A stretch of DNA of 30,662 bases, taken from positions 1-30,662 of the IMG/VR virus record IMGVR_UViG_3300048848_000248, one strand, 5' to 3'. Each line of letters begins with the position of its first letter. The stretch's first letter is position 1. This stretch comes from a virus. Its lineage: Duplodnaviria > Caudoviricetes. The notes beneath the pieces are model-generated. The model was not told the origin of the DNA. It saw only the letters and a program-made list of their open reading frames with translations, and ran no database searches. Positions 8,639-17,666 of the stretch are shown one piece after another. The translations under genes were made by a program, and so were the position numbers.

Positions 8639-9619
8639 TCAGATTGCGTAGGAGCCGATGAGGACGATGGAGCCCTGACCGCCGGCGAGGATGCGGAGCA
8701 CGCCGTCGGCGTTGACACGAGCGCCCTTGATGTCTGAGCCCTGCAGGACCGTGACTTCGCGTGAGGTCGATGGCCGGAAAGCGGCGGGCAGGATGAAAGC
8801 GCCGTCGTTCGGTGCGATCGGTCCCGCTTGGGAGTCCTTCACCGCCACACCTCGCAGGTGGACCACGCCGCCGATGTATCGGAACGCTGCGGCTGGGTAG
8901 CCGGATGAAGCGGACGCCGACCAGCCCGCGACGAGCGTGGACCCACCGGCGCCGGCTGTGATCCACCCGGAGTCGTTGAACTCTTCCCACCAGCCGCCGC
9001 CCTTGCGCACCCAGAGGATGCCGGCGTCGAGCTGGAAGGCGAAGGAGCCGTCGTCCGGTGCCCAGTTGCCGCGCTCGGTCGCATTCCGCACCGGTACGAC
9101 ACCGCCGAGCGGCGCAGTCATCGGGAAGTCCTCGATGACAGTGCAGTCGGCGGTGCCGAGGACGTTCGCGGGCTGCAGGATACGGGCGATCGGCAGCGCC
9201 CCCGTGGGGAGTGCGGGGAGGGTCGGGTCGGCGGCGGCCGCGCCGGCGACGTAGTCGAGCCTGGGCAGGTTGTCCGTGTCGGCGGCGTCGACGTTGTCGC
9301 GCTGTACCACGTACACCCGCACCCACCGGCTGTTTGACGACGGGGCCGCCGGCAGGGTGATGGAGATGAGCCCGTCGTTCGCGATCGGGGTGACCCCGTA
9401 CGTCTTCGACCGCGAGAGAACGGCCTCGAACACGTCGACGTCGAGGGCCATGTCGGAGCGGGCCGACACGAGGCCGGTGCGCACTCCGAGTATGCCCGCT
9501 CGCACGACTCCGGCGGCGGAGCGGGAATACAGGCCTGCCTGGGCGAGGCGCCCGTCGAGGGCGGTGGCGCCGGCAGCGGGGGTGGATGCGGCGACGAGCC
9601 AGGATTTCCGGAGCGTCAT
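8639..9619 (-). CDS. Minor tail protein
   Basis: LPAAPSSNSR..VYV.QRD, PTLPALPTGALPIARI and DSGW...GGVVHLRG...FILPAAFRP tail motifs; GGAGG RBS. Confidence 0.8.
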   Translation of the reverse strand: MTLRKSWLVAASTPAAGATALDGRLAQAGLYSRSAAGVVRAGILGVRTGLVSARSDMALDVDVFEAVLSRSKTYGVTPIANDGLISITLPAAPSSNSRWVRVYVVQRDNVDAADTDNLPRLDYVAGAAAADPTLPALPTGALPIARILQPANVLGTADCTVIEDFPMTAPLGGVVPVRNATERGNWAPDDGSFAFQLDAGILWVRKGGGWWEEFNDSGWITAGAGGSTLVAGWSASASSGYPAAAFRYIGGVVHLRGVAVKDSQAGPIAPNDGAFILPAAFRPSTSREVTVLQGSDIKGARVNADGVLRILAGGQGSIVLIGSYAI

Positions 9620-9627
9620 GTGTCCTC

Positions 9628-10476
9628 CTAGACGTAGGTGGGCGACACGAGGCCGACCAGAAGCGGGTCACCGAACGGGTCGCCGAGAGCACGGAACTGC
9701 ACCTGCGTGGTGCCTCCGGGTGGGATCGAGAACCAGTCGCGGCGGGTGAGGAACGTGGACCGGGACACCCCGTCGACGAACACGGTGCCGACGCGCGGGT
9801 TGATCTCGACGGTGGAGCCGACGAGGACGGTCTGGTCGAATCGGATGATCCGTCCGGTGCCGACCTCTTCGAGCTCGAACCCGTCCTGGATGCCGCCCTG
9901 GATCTGGAAGATCGGCCAGGCGACGGCCGTGCCCGGGTTCGTGAGGGTCAGGCGGCCTGGATTGCCGGGGGTGCCCCAGTCGATCGGCCACACCATCGGC
10001 CACGTGTGCCCTGTACCCGGCGTGGGAAGGCCCGTGCTGACCTGGTCGCCGTCCTCGTATCGGAACGGGTCCACAGCGACGATGTCGAGGCTGTACGGGA
10101 ACTCCCCGGTGGAGGGCATCGGCAGTTTCGCGCGGGCGATGGTCACCCACCGCCACGACGATGAGAACGCCGTCGTGACCCGCATGCGCAGCCGGTCCCG
10201 GGCGAACACTGCGGCGAGCTCGGCGCGGCGACGCTCGGCCTGGCGCACATCTTCAGCGAGGACATGCCCCTTCAGCTGCATCACCCGCGCCGCCCGGTAG
10301 ACGTCGCCGAGCCCGAACGCGCCGTGACCCTGCGCGCGCTCCTCGATCGACGCCTTCGAGTCGGTGAGGTCGCCCCACCCGTCGAGGGTGTTGAACGACA
10401 GCCCGTTCGATGACAGCGAGTAGCGGCCGTGGAAGATGAGTTCGTCGAACTCGATCTGGACCGTGTCGACCATCAC
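9628..10476 (-). CDS. Distal tail protein (Dit-like)
   Basis: Directly after the tape measure gene; LDGW, GHG, DPFRY, NPGTA.AWP and WFSIPPG motifs. Confidence 0.85.
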   Translation of the reverse strand: MMVDTVQIEFDELIFHGRYSLSSNGLSFNTLDGWGDLTDSKASIEERAQGHGAFGLGDVYRAARVMQLKGHVLAEDVRQAERRRAELAAVFARDRLRMRVTTAFSSSWRWVTIARAKLPMPSTGEFPYSLDIVAVDPFRYEDGDQVSTGLPTPGTGHTWPMVWPIDWGTPGNPGRLTLTNPGTAVAWPIFQIQGGIQDGFELEEVGTGRIIRFDQTVLVGSTVEINPRVGTVFVDGVSRSTFLTRRDWFSIPPGGTTQVQFRALGDPFGDPLLVGLVSPTYV

Positions 10477-12605
10477 GCACCTGCCAGTTGCTCGGCGAGC
10501 TCGCGGCCCATCATGATGCCGGTGACGCGCGGGTCGGACGATTGGGTCTGGAACGTGAGATTGATCGGCGCACCACCGGTCACGCTGCTGCTGATGTCGG
10601 GGTCAACCTGCGCACCCACGGGGAGGCGCAGCATCTCGGGCCCGTTCTCACCGACGATGACCGAACCGGCGCCGGTGATGGTGCCGCCGGTGGCGAGCAT
10701 CGGGATGTGCGGGATCGACAGGTTCACACCGATTGCCCCGCCGACAGCGCCGGCGACGGAGTTGACGCCGTCGATGATGCCGTTGACGAGCCCGGAGATG
10801 TTGTTGATGATCCCCTTGACCGTGTCGACGACACCGTTAAAGGCGCCGGACACGATGCCTCCGATGGTGCCGAAGACGGTGGTGAAGGTGCTCTGCACGG
10901 TCCCGATGGTGGTGATGATGCCGCCCCAGATTCCGCCGAAGAAGTCGCCGATGCCCTGCCAGATGCCGTTCCAGATCCCGGCGATCACGCCGAGCACGGT
11001 CTGGATGACGAGCTGCACCCCGTTGATGTAGGTGTTCGCGGCGCCGACGATCCAGTTCCAGATGCCGGCGAAGAACTCGCCGATGCCCTGCCAGAGCCCG
11101 TTCCACCAGATCGCGATGCCGGCGCCGATGATCTGCATGCCGAGGAGGAAGTTGTTGAACGTGTCGGTGACGTAGCCGACGAACCCGTTCCACACGTCGG
11201 TGACGAAGCCGATGAACCCGGCCCACACGCCGTTCCACCAGCCGGCGAAGCCTTCCATAACGCCGACGAACCATCCGACGAACCCGTTCCACAGGTCGCC
11301 GATGGTCTTCCAGACCGCGTCCCAGTTCTGGACGAGGAGCACGATGACGGCGATGAGCAGGCCGATGCCGATGACGATCGCGCCGATGATGAGGCCGATT
11401 GGGGTGAGGCTGGCAGCCCACATGGCGACGGTCAGTGCGATGAACGCGACGGCGAGGATGCCGACGGCGATGCCGAACATCTGGATCGCCTGCGGGTTCT
11501 CACCCACCCATTTGCCGAAGTCGGCGAGGAGCGGGGTGATGCCGTCGAGGGCGTCGCCGAGGCCGGTGAAGATCGCGGTGGCGAGGGGCTCGACGGCCAC
11601 CTGCGCCTTGTTCATGGTGACTTGCCACTTCTCGGCGAAGTCCGCGGTGTCCTCCCCGACGCCGAGGATGGTGTCGCCGGTCGCGCCGGTGGCACCCATC
11701 AGGTCGGTCATGTTCAGCACGCCGGACTCGAGCGCGCCGACGAACTGCGCTGCACCCTTGGTGCCGAACACCTGCGATGCGAGGTCGAGGGCGGATGCCT
11801 TGTCGCCGGTGTCGACGAACCCCTGCAGTTCGGACACGACCCGCTGGTATGCCTCGGCTGGCTGCTCGCCGTCTTTCGCGAGCGTGACCATGCCCTTCGA
11901 CATCGACGCCATGATCGCGGAGGAGTTCAGGCCCGCCTTGTCGAACGTTCCGACCATCGCGACGGTGTCCTGGAAGCTGAACCCGAGAGTCTGCATCGCG
12001 GGGGCGACAGCCTGCGCACCGGAGGCGAGCTCGTTCATGCCGACGCCGGTGGCCTGCGACACCTGGAAGAGGGTGTCCATCGCGCCGGACACGGCGTCGC
12101 CGCTGATCTGGAACGCGTTGAACGCCGCCGACGTGGCCTGGATGTCGACGTCCTGGCCGAGGATGCGGCCCGCTTCGAGGTACTGGGAAGCGACCGTCTG
12201 GAGGGTGTCGCCGGAGAGTCCGAGCCGGGTGTTCAGGTCGGCGACGACGGGGCCGATCTTGTCGAACTCGGCGGGCACGGTCTGCCCGACGTTCTTCGCG
12301 ACATCGACGAGGCCGTCGAGAGCTTCGCCCTGCGCACCCGTTCCGGTGCGGATGGTGTCGGTGATGTCATCGAAGGTGGCGCCGACGTCGTAGAGGCCTT
12401 TGAAGGCCCCAACGACGGCGGCGCCGATGCCGGCGGCGGCGAGGCCGGCTTTCGCCTTGAGCCCCCACCCCTTGCCGGCCTTGTCGCCCTCGTCCTCTGC
12501 CGCCTTGGTGCCTGGGAAGAACTGCTCAGTGATCGACTCCTGGACGCCTTCCAGCGTCGGGACGACCCGCACCCAGACTGTTGCGAGCTCCACTCCTTCT
12601 GCCAC
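10473..12605 (-). CDS. Tape measure protein
   Basis: ELATVWVRVVP N-terminus, Ala/Gly-rich helical body, periodic Trp/Phe repeats, LATGG...VGENGPE C-terminus. Confidence 0.93.
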   Translation of the reverse strand: MAEGVELATVWVRVVPTLEGVQESITEQFFPGTKAAEDEGDKAGKGWGLKAKAGLAAAGIGAAVVGAFKGLYDVGATFDDITDTIRTGTGAQGEALDGLVDVAKNVGQTVPAEFDKIGPVVADLNTRLGLSGDTLQTVASQYLEAGRILGQDVDIQATSAAFNAFQISGDAVSGAMDTLFQVSQATGVGMNELASGAQAVAPAMQTLGFSFQDTVAMVGTFDKAGLNSSAIMASMSKGMVTLAKDGEQPAEAYQRVVSELQGFVDTGDKASALDLASQVFGTKGAAQFVGALESGVLNMTDLMGATGATGDTILGVGEDTADFAEKWQVTMNKAQVAVEPLATAIFTGLGDALDGITPLLADFGKWVGENPQAIQMFGIAVGILAVAFIALTVAMWAASLTPIGLIIGAIVIGIGLLIAVIVLLVQNWDAVWKTIGDLWNGFVGWFVGVMEGFAGWWNGVWAGFIGFVTDVWNGFVGYVTDTFNNFLLGMQIIGAGIAIWWNGLWQGIGEFFAGIWNWIVGAANTYINGVQLVIQTVLGVIAGIWNGIWQGIGDFFGGIWGGIITTIGTVQSTFTTVFGTIGGIVSGAFNGVVDTVKGIINNISGLVNGIIDGVNSVAGAVGGAIGVNLSIPHIPMLATGGTITGAGSVIVGENGPEMLRLPVGAQVDPDISSSVTGGAPINLTFQTQSSDPRVTGIMMGRELAEQLAGA

Positions 12606-13017
12606 CGTCGGCCTCCTCGCCTGCCCGGTCCCACCAGGCGTCGAATGCGGAGATCGCGATGGGCTCGGAGCCGAGCTTCTGCGACTTGGACTTCCGCCAC
12701 GGCCGCTCGAGCGGCTTCGGGCGGGGGATGGTCTTCTTCGGGTTCAGCTGCTTGTGCAGCAACCAGTTCGCGTTCTGCAGCAGGTCGTAGATGCCCGCGA
12801 GCAGCTGGTCTGTGACGGACCAGTGCGTGCCGTGCAACGACGTCGAGACCGCCGATGTGGGGTCGCGTTGGAAGCCGCGCACGAGCACGTACAGGTCCCG
12901 CCACGACAGCCGCTCGGTGCCGACCTCGGCGAGGCGGTAGCCGGCGCGGAGTAGGTCGAACTCGATCGCTTCGCCGTGCTCCCCGGTTACGAAGTCGAGG
13001 AGCCCGAAGATTCCCCC
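12526..13017 (-). CDS. Tail assembly chaperone, -1 frameshift extension (gpGT-like C-terminal part)
   Basis: Open -1 frame from the slippery site; AIEFDLL..G...LSWRDL and W....QLLAGIYD motifs. Confidence 0.8.
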   Translation of the reverse strand, partial: GGIFGLLDFVTGEHGEAIEFDLLRAGYRLAEVGTERLSWRDLYVLVRGFQRDPTSAVSTSLHGTHWSVTDQLLAGIYDLLQNANWLLHKQLNPKKTIPRPKPLERPWRKSKSQKLGSEPIAISAFDAWWDRAGEEADGGRRSGARNSLGAGRPDAGRRPGVDH

Positions 13018-13253
13018 AGGCCCACACCCGACTCCTTGCTCCACGCGACCTGGAAGTCCGTGAACTGCTCGCGGGTGAGCTCGTCGATGTGCGCGAGGTC
13101 CTCTTCGGACAGGAACGACTCGAGCAGCGTGAAGACCTGGTCAGCCTGGGGCAGCTTGCGCGTCGCGCGGATGACCTTCATCTTGATTTCGTTGAAGTGC
13201 GGCAGCACGACCTCGTGGCCGTCGGGCAGCGTGTAGTGGAACTTCTCCATCAT
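12987..13253 (-). CDS. Tail assembly chaperone (gpG-like)
   Basis: Between major tail and tape measure genes; ends ...W..ESGVGLGES. Confidence 0.85.
   Translation of the reverse strand: MMEKFHYTLPDGHEVVLPHFNEIKMKVIRATRKLPQADQVFTLLESFLSEEDLAHIDELTREQFTDFQVAWSKESGVGLGESSGSSTS
13011..13017 (-). promoter_or_regulatory. Programmed -1 frameshift slippery heptamer G GGG GAA
   Basis: CTG GGG GAA TCT near the chaperone end, with an open -1 frame. Confidence 0.82.
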
Positions 13254-13283
13254 GGGAACCTCTCGTGTTGGGAACCAGTTCGG

Positions 13284-13321
13284 CACCGGCCGAGGCGGGT
13301 TCCCGGTCGCCTCGGCCGGTG
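13284..13321 (-). promoter_or_regulatory. Perfect 14-bp stem-loop between major tail and chaperone genes
   Basis: CACCGGCCGAGGCG (13284-13297) / CGCCTCGGCCGGTG (13308-13321). Confidence 0.7.
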
Positions 13322-13331
13322 GTGTGCGGGG

Positions 13332-13919
13332 TCAGGCTGAGGTGACCTGACCGTCGTCCGTGTAGACGTAGATGTGGTTGCCGGCGGCGTCTGCGAGGCA
13401 CGCGAGCGTCACCGGGAGGGTGATCGCGTTGTCACGCACCAGGGGCAGTTCGCCGCGCGACGCGACGACGCCGTGAGGGACCAAGACCAGCGCGCGGCGC
13501 TTGCCGTCCTTGATCTTGAAGTAGTAGGCGCGGCTGTCGCCGACGAGCCGGCCGATCGCCATGCGCATCTGGTTGCCGTGCTCCGCGGTTGCGGCCTCGA
13601 CCTCGACGTTGTCCTCGCCGACGTAGGTGATCGCGGACTCCTCGTTGAGCTCGAGGTGCGTCCAGGCGATCTCGCCGGTGAACTCGGTGATGATGCGGCG
13701 GATCTCCGCGCCCGACCAGTCCTTGATGGACTCGTTCGAGTCGTTCGGGGTGATCGTCACGCCGTCCTCGTTCACGTAGCCCGAGGACTCCAGGCCGGTG
13801 AAGACGAAGTCGCTGAGCTGCCCCGGGATGGTGTCGGTCTCGGGGCCGGTGAGGATGGCGCCGGTCGTCTTCTGGTCGGGGGCGCCGACGAAGACGTTCT
13901 TGCTGCTGGGTGCACCCAT
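13332..13919 (-). CDS. Major tail protein
   Basis: SKNVFVGAPDQKTTGAI, GYVNEDGVT and IKDWSG motifs; position. Confidence 0.9.
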   Translation of the reverse strand: MGAPSSKNVFVGAPDQKTTGAILTGPETDTIPGQLSDFVFTGLESSGYVNEDGVTITPNDSNESIKDWSGAEIRRIITEFTGEIAWTHLELNEESAITYVGEDNVEVEAATAEHGNQMRMAIGRLVGDSRAYYFKIKDGKRRALVLVPHGVVASRGELPLVRDNAITLPVTLACLADAAGNHIYVYTDDGQVTSA

Positions 13920-13987
13920 GTGCGTAGCCCCTTTCGAAGGCGTGCGGAAGACACCGGCCCGGTCGGGTCGGTGCGGAAGGCGGGAAC

Positions 13988-14404
13988 CTAGACCGCTGTC
14001 TTTCGCAGATCAGCGGAAATCGAGAAGGTGTACCGGTACCAGCCGGGAACCTGCGGGTTGGGAAGGTTCTGCGGGCGACCGAACAGTTCGACCCGGTAGC
14101 AGGGCACCCCGCCCATGTCGCCGTCCCGGGCGGCGGCTTCGAAAATCGCCCGGGCCTTCGCAGCGAGACGCTCAGCACGAACCTCGCCGCGCGCATACGC
14201 CTCGACCGTGACCGTCGGCTGGTCGGTGACCATGTCCCGGTCGCCGCCACCAGTGACGATGACGCGGAAGAACTCATTGGGCGTGGTCTTCGGAATTGAC
14301 GTCGAAGCCGGAATCGCGGTTTCTTCGCCAGCATCGGGAAGTCGTGTTTTCAGGGCGGCGAGGGCTGCCTTCTCGGCATCCTCGGCGACCAGCAGCTCGC
14401 TCAC
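13988..14404 (-). CDS. Tail terminator protein
   Basis: V..TGG, VTDQPTVTVEAYA and P.NLPNP...RYTF motifs; directly upstream of the major tail gene. Confidence 0.82.
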   Translation of the reverse strand: MSELLVAEDAEKAALAALKTRLPDAGEETAIPASTSIPKTTPNEFFRVIVTGGGDRDMVTDQPTVTVEAYARGEVRAERLAAKARAIFEAAARDGDMGGVPCYRVELFGRPQNLPNPQVPGWYRYTFSISADLRKTAV

Positions 14405-14667
14405 CGGCCCGCGTCGATCGATCGGGTAAGGGTGCGGTCCTCAGCCTCGGCGCGGCGAGCCTCGAACGTCGCAGAGGTGACGTAGCCCATGGCGCGACCG
14501 AGCTTGGACGAACCGCCCTTCACCTCGACGCGCGCCTCGAACCCCTCGCCTGCGGCGGCCGCGATACGACCGACTCGCTCCTCGATGTCGCCGGTGACCT
14601 CGGGCCCGGACAGCAGCGCGCGCATGGCGGCCGAGTCGAACTTGATGGTGGTGGTGGACTTCGCCAT
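14401..14667 (-). CDS. Neck / tail completion protein (HK97 gp10-like)
   Basis: Size and position; RALLSGPEV...RIAAAAGEGF...ARRAEA..RTL; GGAGG RBS. Confidence 0.75.
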   Translation of the reverse strand: MAKSTTTIKFDSAAMRALLSGPEVTGDIEERVGRIAAAAGEGFEARVEVKGGSSKLGRAMGYVTSATFEARRAEAEDRTLTRSIDAGR

Positions 14668-14696
14668 CGGTCAGCCCTCCAAACTTTTCAAAGCGA

Positions 14697-14702
14697 TATA
14701 CT
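14697..14702 (+). promoter_or_regulatory. SigA-type -10 box TATACT for a leaderless HNH mRNA
   Basis: TATACT ends 6 nt before ATG 14709 in an AT-rich patch; no SD sequence. Confidence 0.6.
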
Positions 14703-14708
14703 GAGTGC

Positions 14709-15305
14709 ATGGGAGCTAAGCCAGGTCACACGGTCAGCGAAGAGACTCGACAGAAGATTCGTGATGCGCTGAAAGGACGAAAACTCGGACCCTCGCCATT
14801 GATCGGCAGGACCGTTCCACCCGAGTCAGTGGCGAAGCGCGTGGCGAAGACGACGAAGTATGGGCCGGACGCGACTTGTTCCGTCGCCGGTTGCACTAGC
14901 AGACCCACTGCCCGGGGATGGTGCCAAAAGCACTACATGCGATGGAACCAGCACGGAGACCCCGAATTCGTGACACCGACAGCGACGGGTGCGGACTCAG
15001 CGCGATGGGCGGGCTCGAGCATCAGCTATTCAGGGGTCCACCAGCGAGCTCGCACCCTGCTGCCCATGACGTGCGCCGCATGTGGGACCTCAGAGGGCCG
15101 GCTGGAGCTGGCACTTCTGAAGGATGCACCTACTGAATCGCTTCGCGAATTCGAGCGCGGCGGCGTGCGCATGAGGTACTCGATCAATGTCGAGGACTAC
15201 TGCCGGCTCTGCGTCTCCTGCCATCGCCGATACGACAGCCCCAAGGCGGCGACGAGAGCCACGATCGCACCCCTCATCGAGAGGCCTACCCCGTCCATGC
15301 CTTGA
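14709..15305 (+). CDS. NUMOD3 + Zn-binding + HNH-like homing endonuclease, antisense to the late operon
   Basis: SEETRQKIRDALKG (NUMOD3), CSVAGC...ARGWCQKHY, YSGVH, CAACG and LCVSCHRRYD motifs. Confidence 0.8.
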   Translation: MGAKPGHTVSEETRQKIRDALKGRKLGPSPLIGRTVPPESVAKRVAKTTKYGPDATCSVAGCTSRPTARGWCQKHYMRWNQHGDPEFVTPTATGADSARWAGSSISYSGVHQRARTLLPMTCAACGTSEGRLELALLKDAPTESLREFERGGVRMRYSINVEDYCRLCVSCHRRYDSPKAATRATIAPLIERPTPSMP

Positions 15306-15615
15306 GCAGGATCAAGGTGTGCTTCACCGCCGGCGAGCCAGGCCAGCGGGCGGGCTCACCCTCGACGGCGTACTCGACGCCCTGCCAGACGACCGCGTCG
15401 GTAGAGCGCACATCGGGGTGTCCGGGCGCGTACACGGTCCACTGCACGAGGGTGCCGTCGCGGTTCTGCAGGTCTTCCTGCGTGGCACCGGGCTGCACGT
15501 CACAGCCGGGGATGACGAGCACGTTCGGCTCCGCGCCGCGGTCGATGTACTCGCTGCCGTGTCCGTCGTCGATGAGCGGGTATCGCTTGCGGGTGATGGG
15601 CTCGCGGTCGATCAC
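15286..15615 (-). CDS. Head-to-tail stopper / head closure protein
   Basis: IPGCDVQPG...Y.VEGEP.RW....H....L..WTG pattern; position. Confidence 0.82.
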   Translation of the reverse strand: MIDREPITRKRYPLIDDGHGSEYIDRGAEPNVLVIPGCDVQPGATQEDLQNRDGTLVQWTVYAPGHPDVRSTDAVVWQGVEYAVEGEPARWPGSPAVKHTLILLKAWTG

Positions 15616-16187
15616 GGCAGCCTCGCAAGCCGGTACTCAGCCAGCGAGTCCTCCTCGTGCGCCAGCAGCACGGTGCCGCCGGCGACACCGGTAGCGGTCA
15701 GCGAGTGTGTGACCGATCGCTGCCCGGACTGCTCGCGCGTGTAACCCAGCGGCGCACCGAGAGCGCGGGAGGCCATCATCAGCACGAGGTCGACGATGTC
15801 TTCGGGGATCTGCTCCGGGTCGTCCTCGTTGTCAGTCTCGGGGAGGGTGTACCCGTGGGTGAAGGTGACGACCGGGGCGATGCCGCTGATGTCGGACCAT
15901 CCGGTGTCCGCGTCGAACTCGACCGGGTTCGCCTCGAGATCGACGTCACGGCCGGCGACGGTCAGTGAGTTGATGGTGTTGATGTGCAGCGACGGCAGGA
16001 ACAGTTGCCCGTTCGGGTCGCCGCGGTATCGGAACACGGTCTGCGTGACCGGTGCAATGTGCCAGCCGCAGTAGTTGCGAATCTTCCTCGAAGCCGCGCG
16101 CAGGGCAAGGTCGAGGAAGGGAGTGTCGGCGGGGATGGCGCCCTGTGAGCGCTCCGCCATTTGGTCGGCAGTCGCGAACGGCTTCAT
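15612..16187 (-). CDS. Head-to-tail adaptor
   Basis: AAS..IRNYCGWHIAP, LFLPSL, VTFTHGY and IPEDI motifs. Confidence 0.85.
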   Translation of the reverse strand: MKPFATADQMAERSQGAIPADTPFLDLALRAASRKIRNYCGWHIAPVTQTVFRYRGDPNGQLFLPSLHINTINSLTVAGRDVDLEANPVEFDADTGWSDISGIAPVVTFTHGYTLPETDNEDDPEQIPEDIVDLVLMMASRALGAPLGYTREQSGQRSVTHSLTATGVAGGTVLLAHEEDSLAEYRLARLP

Positions 16188-16199
16188 CCCCGCCTCCTC

Positions 16200-16361
16200 T
16201 CAGTTCTGCGCGGGCGCGGGGGCCTGCTTGTTCTGCGGAGCCTGGGCCGCCTTGGTGGCCTTGACCTCCTTGGCGTCCTTGTACTGCTTCGCGTCCTCGT
16301 CGGACAGCTGCAGGGTGTGCGGGAGGCCGTTGATCTCGACTTCGTACTGCTTGAGAGCCAT
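16200..16361 (-). CDS. Small capsid-adjacent hypothetical protein (53 aa)
   Basis: AGGAG RBS; MALKQYEVEINGLPHTLQLSDEDAK...APQNKQAP. Confidence 0.75.
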   Translation of the reverse strand: MALKQYEVEINGLPHTLQLSDEDAKQYKDAKEVKATKAAQAPQNKQAPAPAQN

Positions 16362-16386
16362 GTGCTCTCTCCTTCCTGATGGGAGG

Positions 16387-16413
16387 GGGTGGGGCCGAAG
16401 AACGACCCCACCC
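16387..16413 (-). promoter_or_regulatory. Stem-loop after the capsid gene
   Basis: GGGTGGGGTCG...CGGCCCCACCC on the - strand just after the stop; no U-tract. Confidence 0.5.
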
Positions 16414-16423
16414 GTGGGAACTG

Positions 16424-17644
16424 CTAGGAGAGGACGACCTTCACGACCGCCGAGGGGATGCGGGCCGCGAGAGCGACACGCTCCTCGATGCGGGTCGTCA
16501 CGATGTTCTTCGTGAACTTCCCGAGGTCGCTGTTGGTCGACTCGACGCGCACGCCGCCCTTGCGGTAGACGGTCGCAGCCGCCTTGAACGCGCCGACGAC
16601 GACGGTCTTCGCCGGCACCGCGGCGGACACCACAGTGGGGACGCCCCAAAGCGGCGGCTGGAACGACAGGCCGCCGTTGCCGTACTCGCCGGAGAAGAAG
16701 CCGCCGCCGAAGTACTGCCCGTTCGCGTCCTTCGACAGGCGCAGCGCCTGGTAGTCCGCCGGGTTGATGATGATGCCGTCGGCGGTGAGGCCGGTGGCGG
16801 TCTGCACTGCGGTCAGGGCGCGGAAGACCGCGTCCTGGGCGCTCTCACCGGTGAAGCCGGTGGAGGCCTGGGTGACGACCTGGACGCCCGACCGGTTGAG
16901 GAGACCGGTCAGGTTGCTGCCCGTGCCGTCGCCGGAGAGAAGCTGTGCTTCCTCGGCGAGGGAGAGCAGGTAGGTGCCCCGGTTGTTGATCTCCGAGACC
17001 ATGAACGGGACGTCCTCGATCATCTCGTCCGAGGTGTCGAACCACGCGGCGATCTTCTTGAGAGCGTCGGTGACCGCGGTCGGGTTGATGACGTGGATCT
17101 GCGGCTTCTGGCCACCCTCCGCGACGGTCGCGAAGGCTCCCTCGACGGCACCCTCCACGTAGTACGTGATCGCGGAGCCGTTGATGGTCCCGACGCCGAG
17201 GAGGTCCGAGACGACCGGGCGACGGTACGCCTGGACGATGGTCCGGTCGACGTCGGTGACGACGGCGCCGAAGGCGGAACCGACCGTGTTGGGGTCGGTG
17301 TTCGCCTTGAACTCGGGCGCCTCGACGGTGCGACCGCGGCTCTTGAGCGACGCGAAACCGCTCTCGCCGATCGCCTTGGCGAAGTGCTCACCGAGCGACT
17401 TGGCCTGGCCGGCGGGGGTGGTGTCGGTGGCCTCGACCTCGGACTTCATGCCGCCGATGGACTCCATCAGAGCGGCGGACTTCTCCGAGCGCTCGATCTT
17501 GCCCTTCAGCTCGAGCGCTTCGCCCGACTTGGTCTCGAGGAGAGAGACTTCCTCGTCGGTCAGCTCGCGCTCGGCCGCCTTGGCGCCGTTCACGATGTCC
17601 TGGCACGCCTTCTGCAGGGCTGCCAGCTTTTCCTTCGGGTTCAC
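16424..17644 (-). CDS. Major capsid protein, HK97 fold, with N-terminal delta/scaffold region
   Basis: SLGEHF, VAEGGQKP, KKIAAW, LLSGDGTG.NLTGLL, NPADY, LWG.P.V and R.EER motifs; GTG start after GAGGAAGG. Confidence 0.95.
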   Translation of the reverse strand: MNPKEKLAALQKACQDIVNGAKAAERELTDEEVSLLETKSGEALELKGKIERSEKSAALMESIGGMKSEVEATDTTPAGQAKSLGEHFAKAIGESGFASLKSRGRTVEAPEFKANTDPNTVGSAFGAVVTDVDRTIVQAYRRPVVSDLLGVGTINGSAITYYVEGAVEGAFATVAEGGQKPQIHVINPTAVTDALKKIAAWFDTSDEMIEDVPFMVSEINNRGTYLLSLAEEAQLLSGDGTGSNLTGLLNRSGVQVVTQASTGFTGESAQDAVFRALTAVQTATGLTADGIIINPADYQALRLSKDANGQYFGGGFFSGEYGNGGLSFQPPLWGVPTVVSAAVPAKTVVVGAFKAAATVYRKGGVRVESTNSDLGKFTKNIVTTRIEERVALAARIPSAVVKVVLS

Positions 17645-17666
17645 GATGTGACCCCTTCCTCGCTCC

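Noticed and set aside
6813-9692. 959-aa ORF on the - strand
   Set aside because: Arg/Pro/Ser-rich off-frame shadow over real tail and lysin genes; only the last 148 codons (from 7259) look like a real gene
10900-11350. Periodic DNA repeats resembling an array
   Set aside because: They encode the Trp/Phe periodic repeats of the tape measure protein; not CRISPR
10488-12815. 775-aa + strand ORF and similar long antisense ORFs (5826-7028, 16379-17692, 19547-20434)
   Set aside because: Antisense shadows of high-GC3 genes, with no motifs
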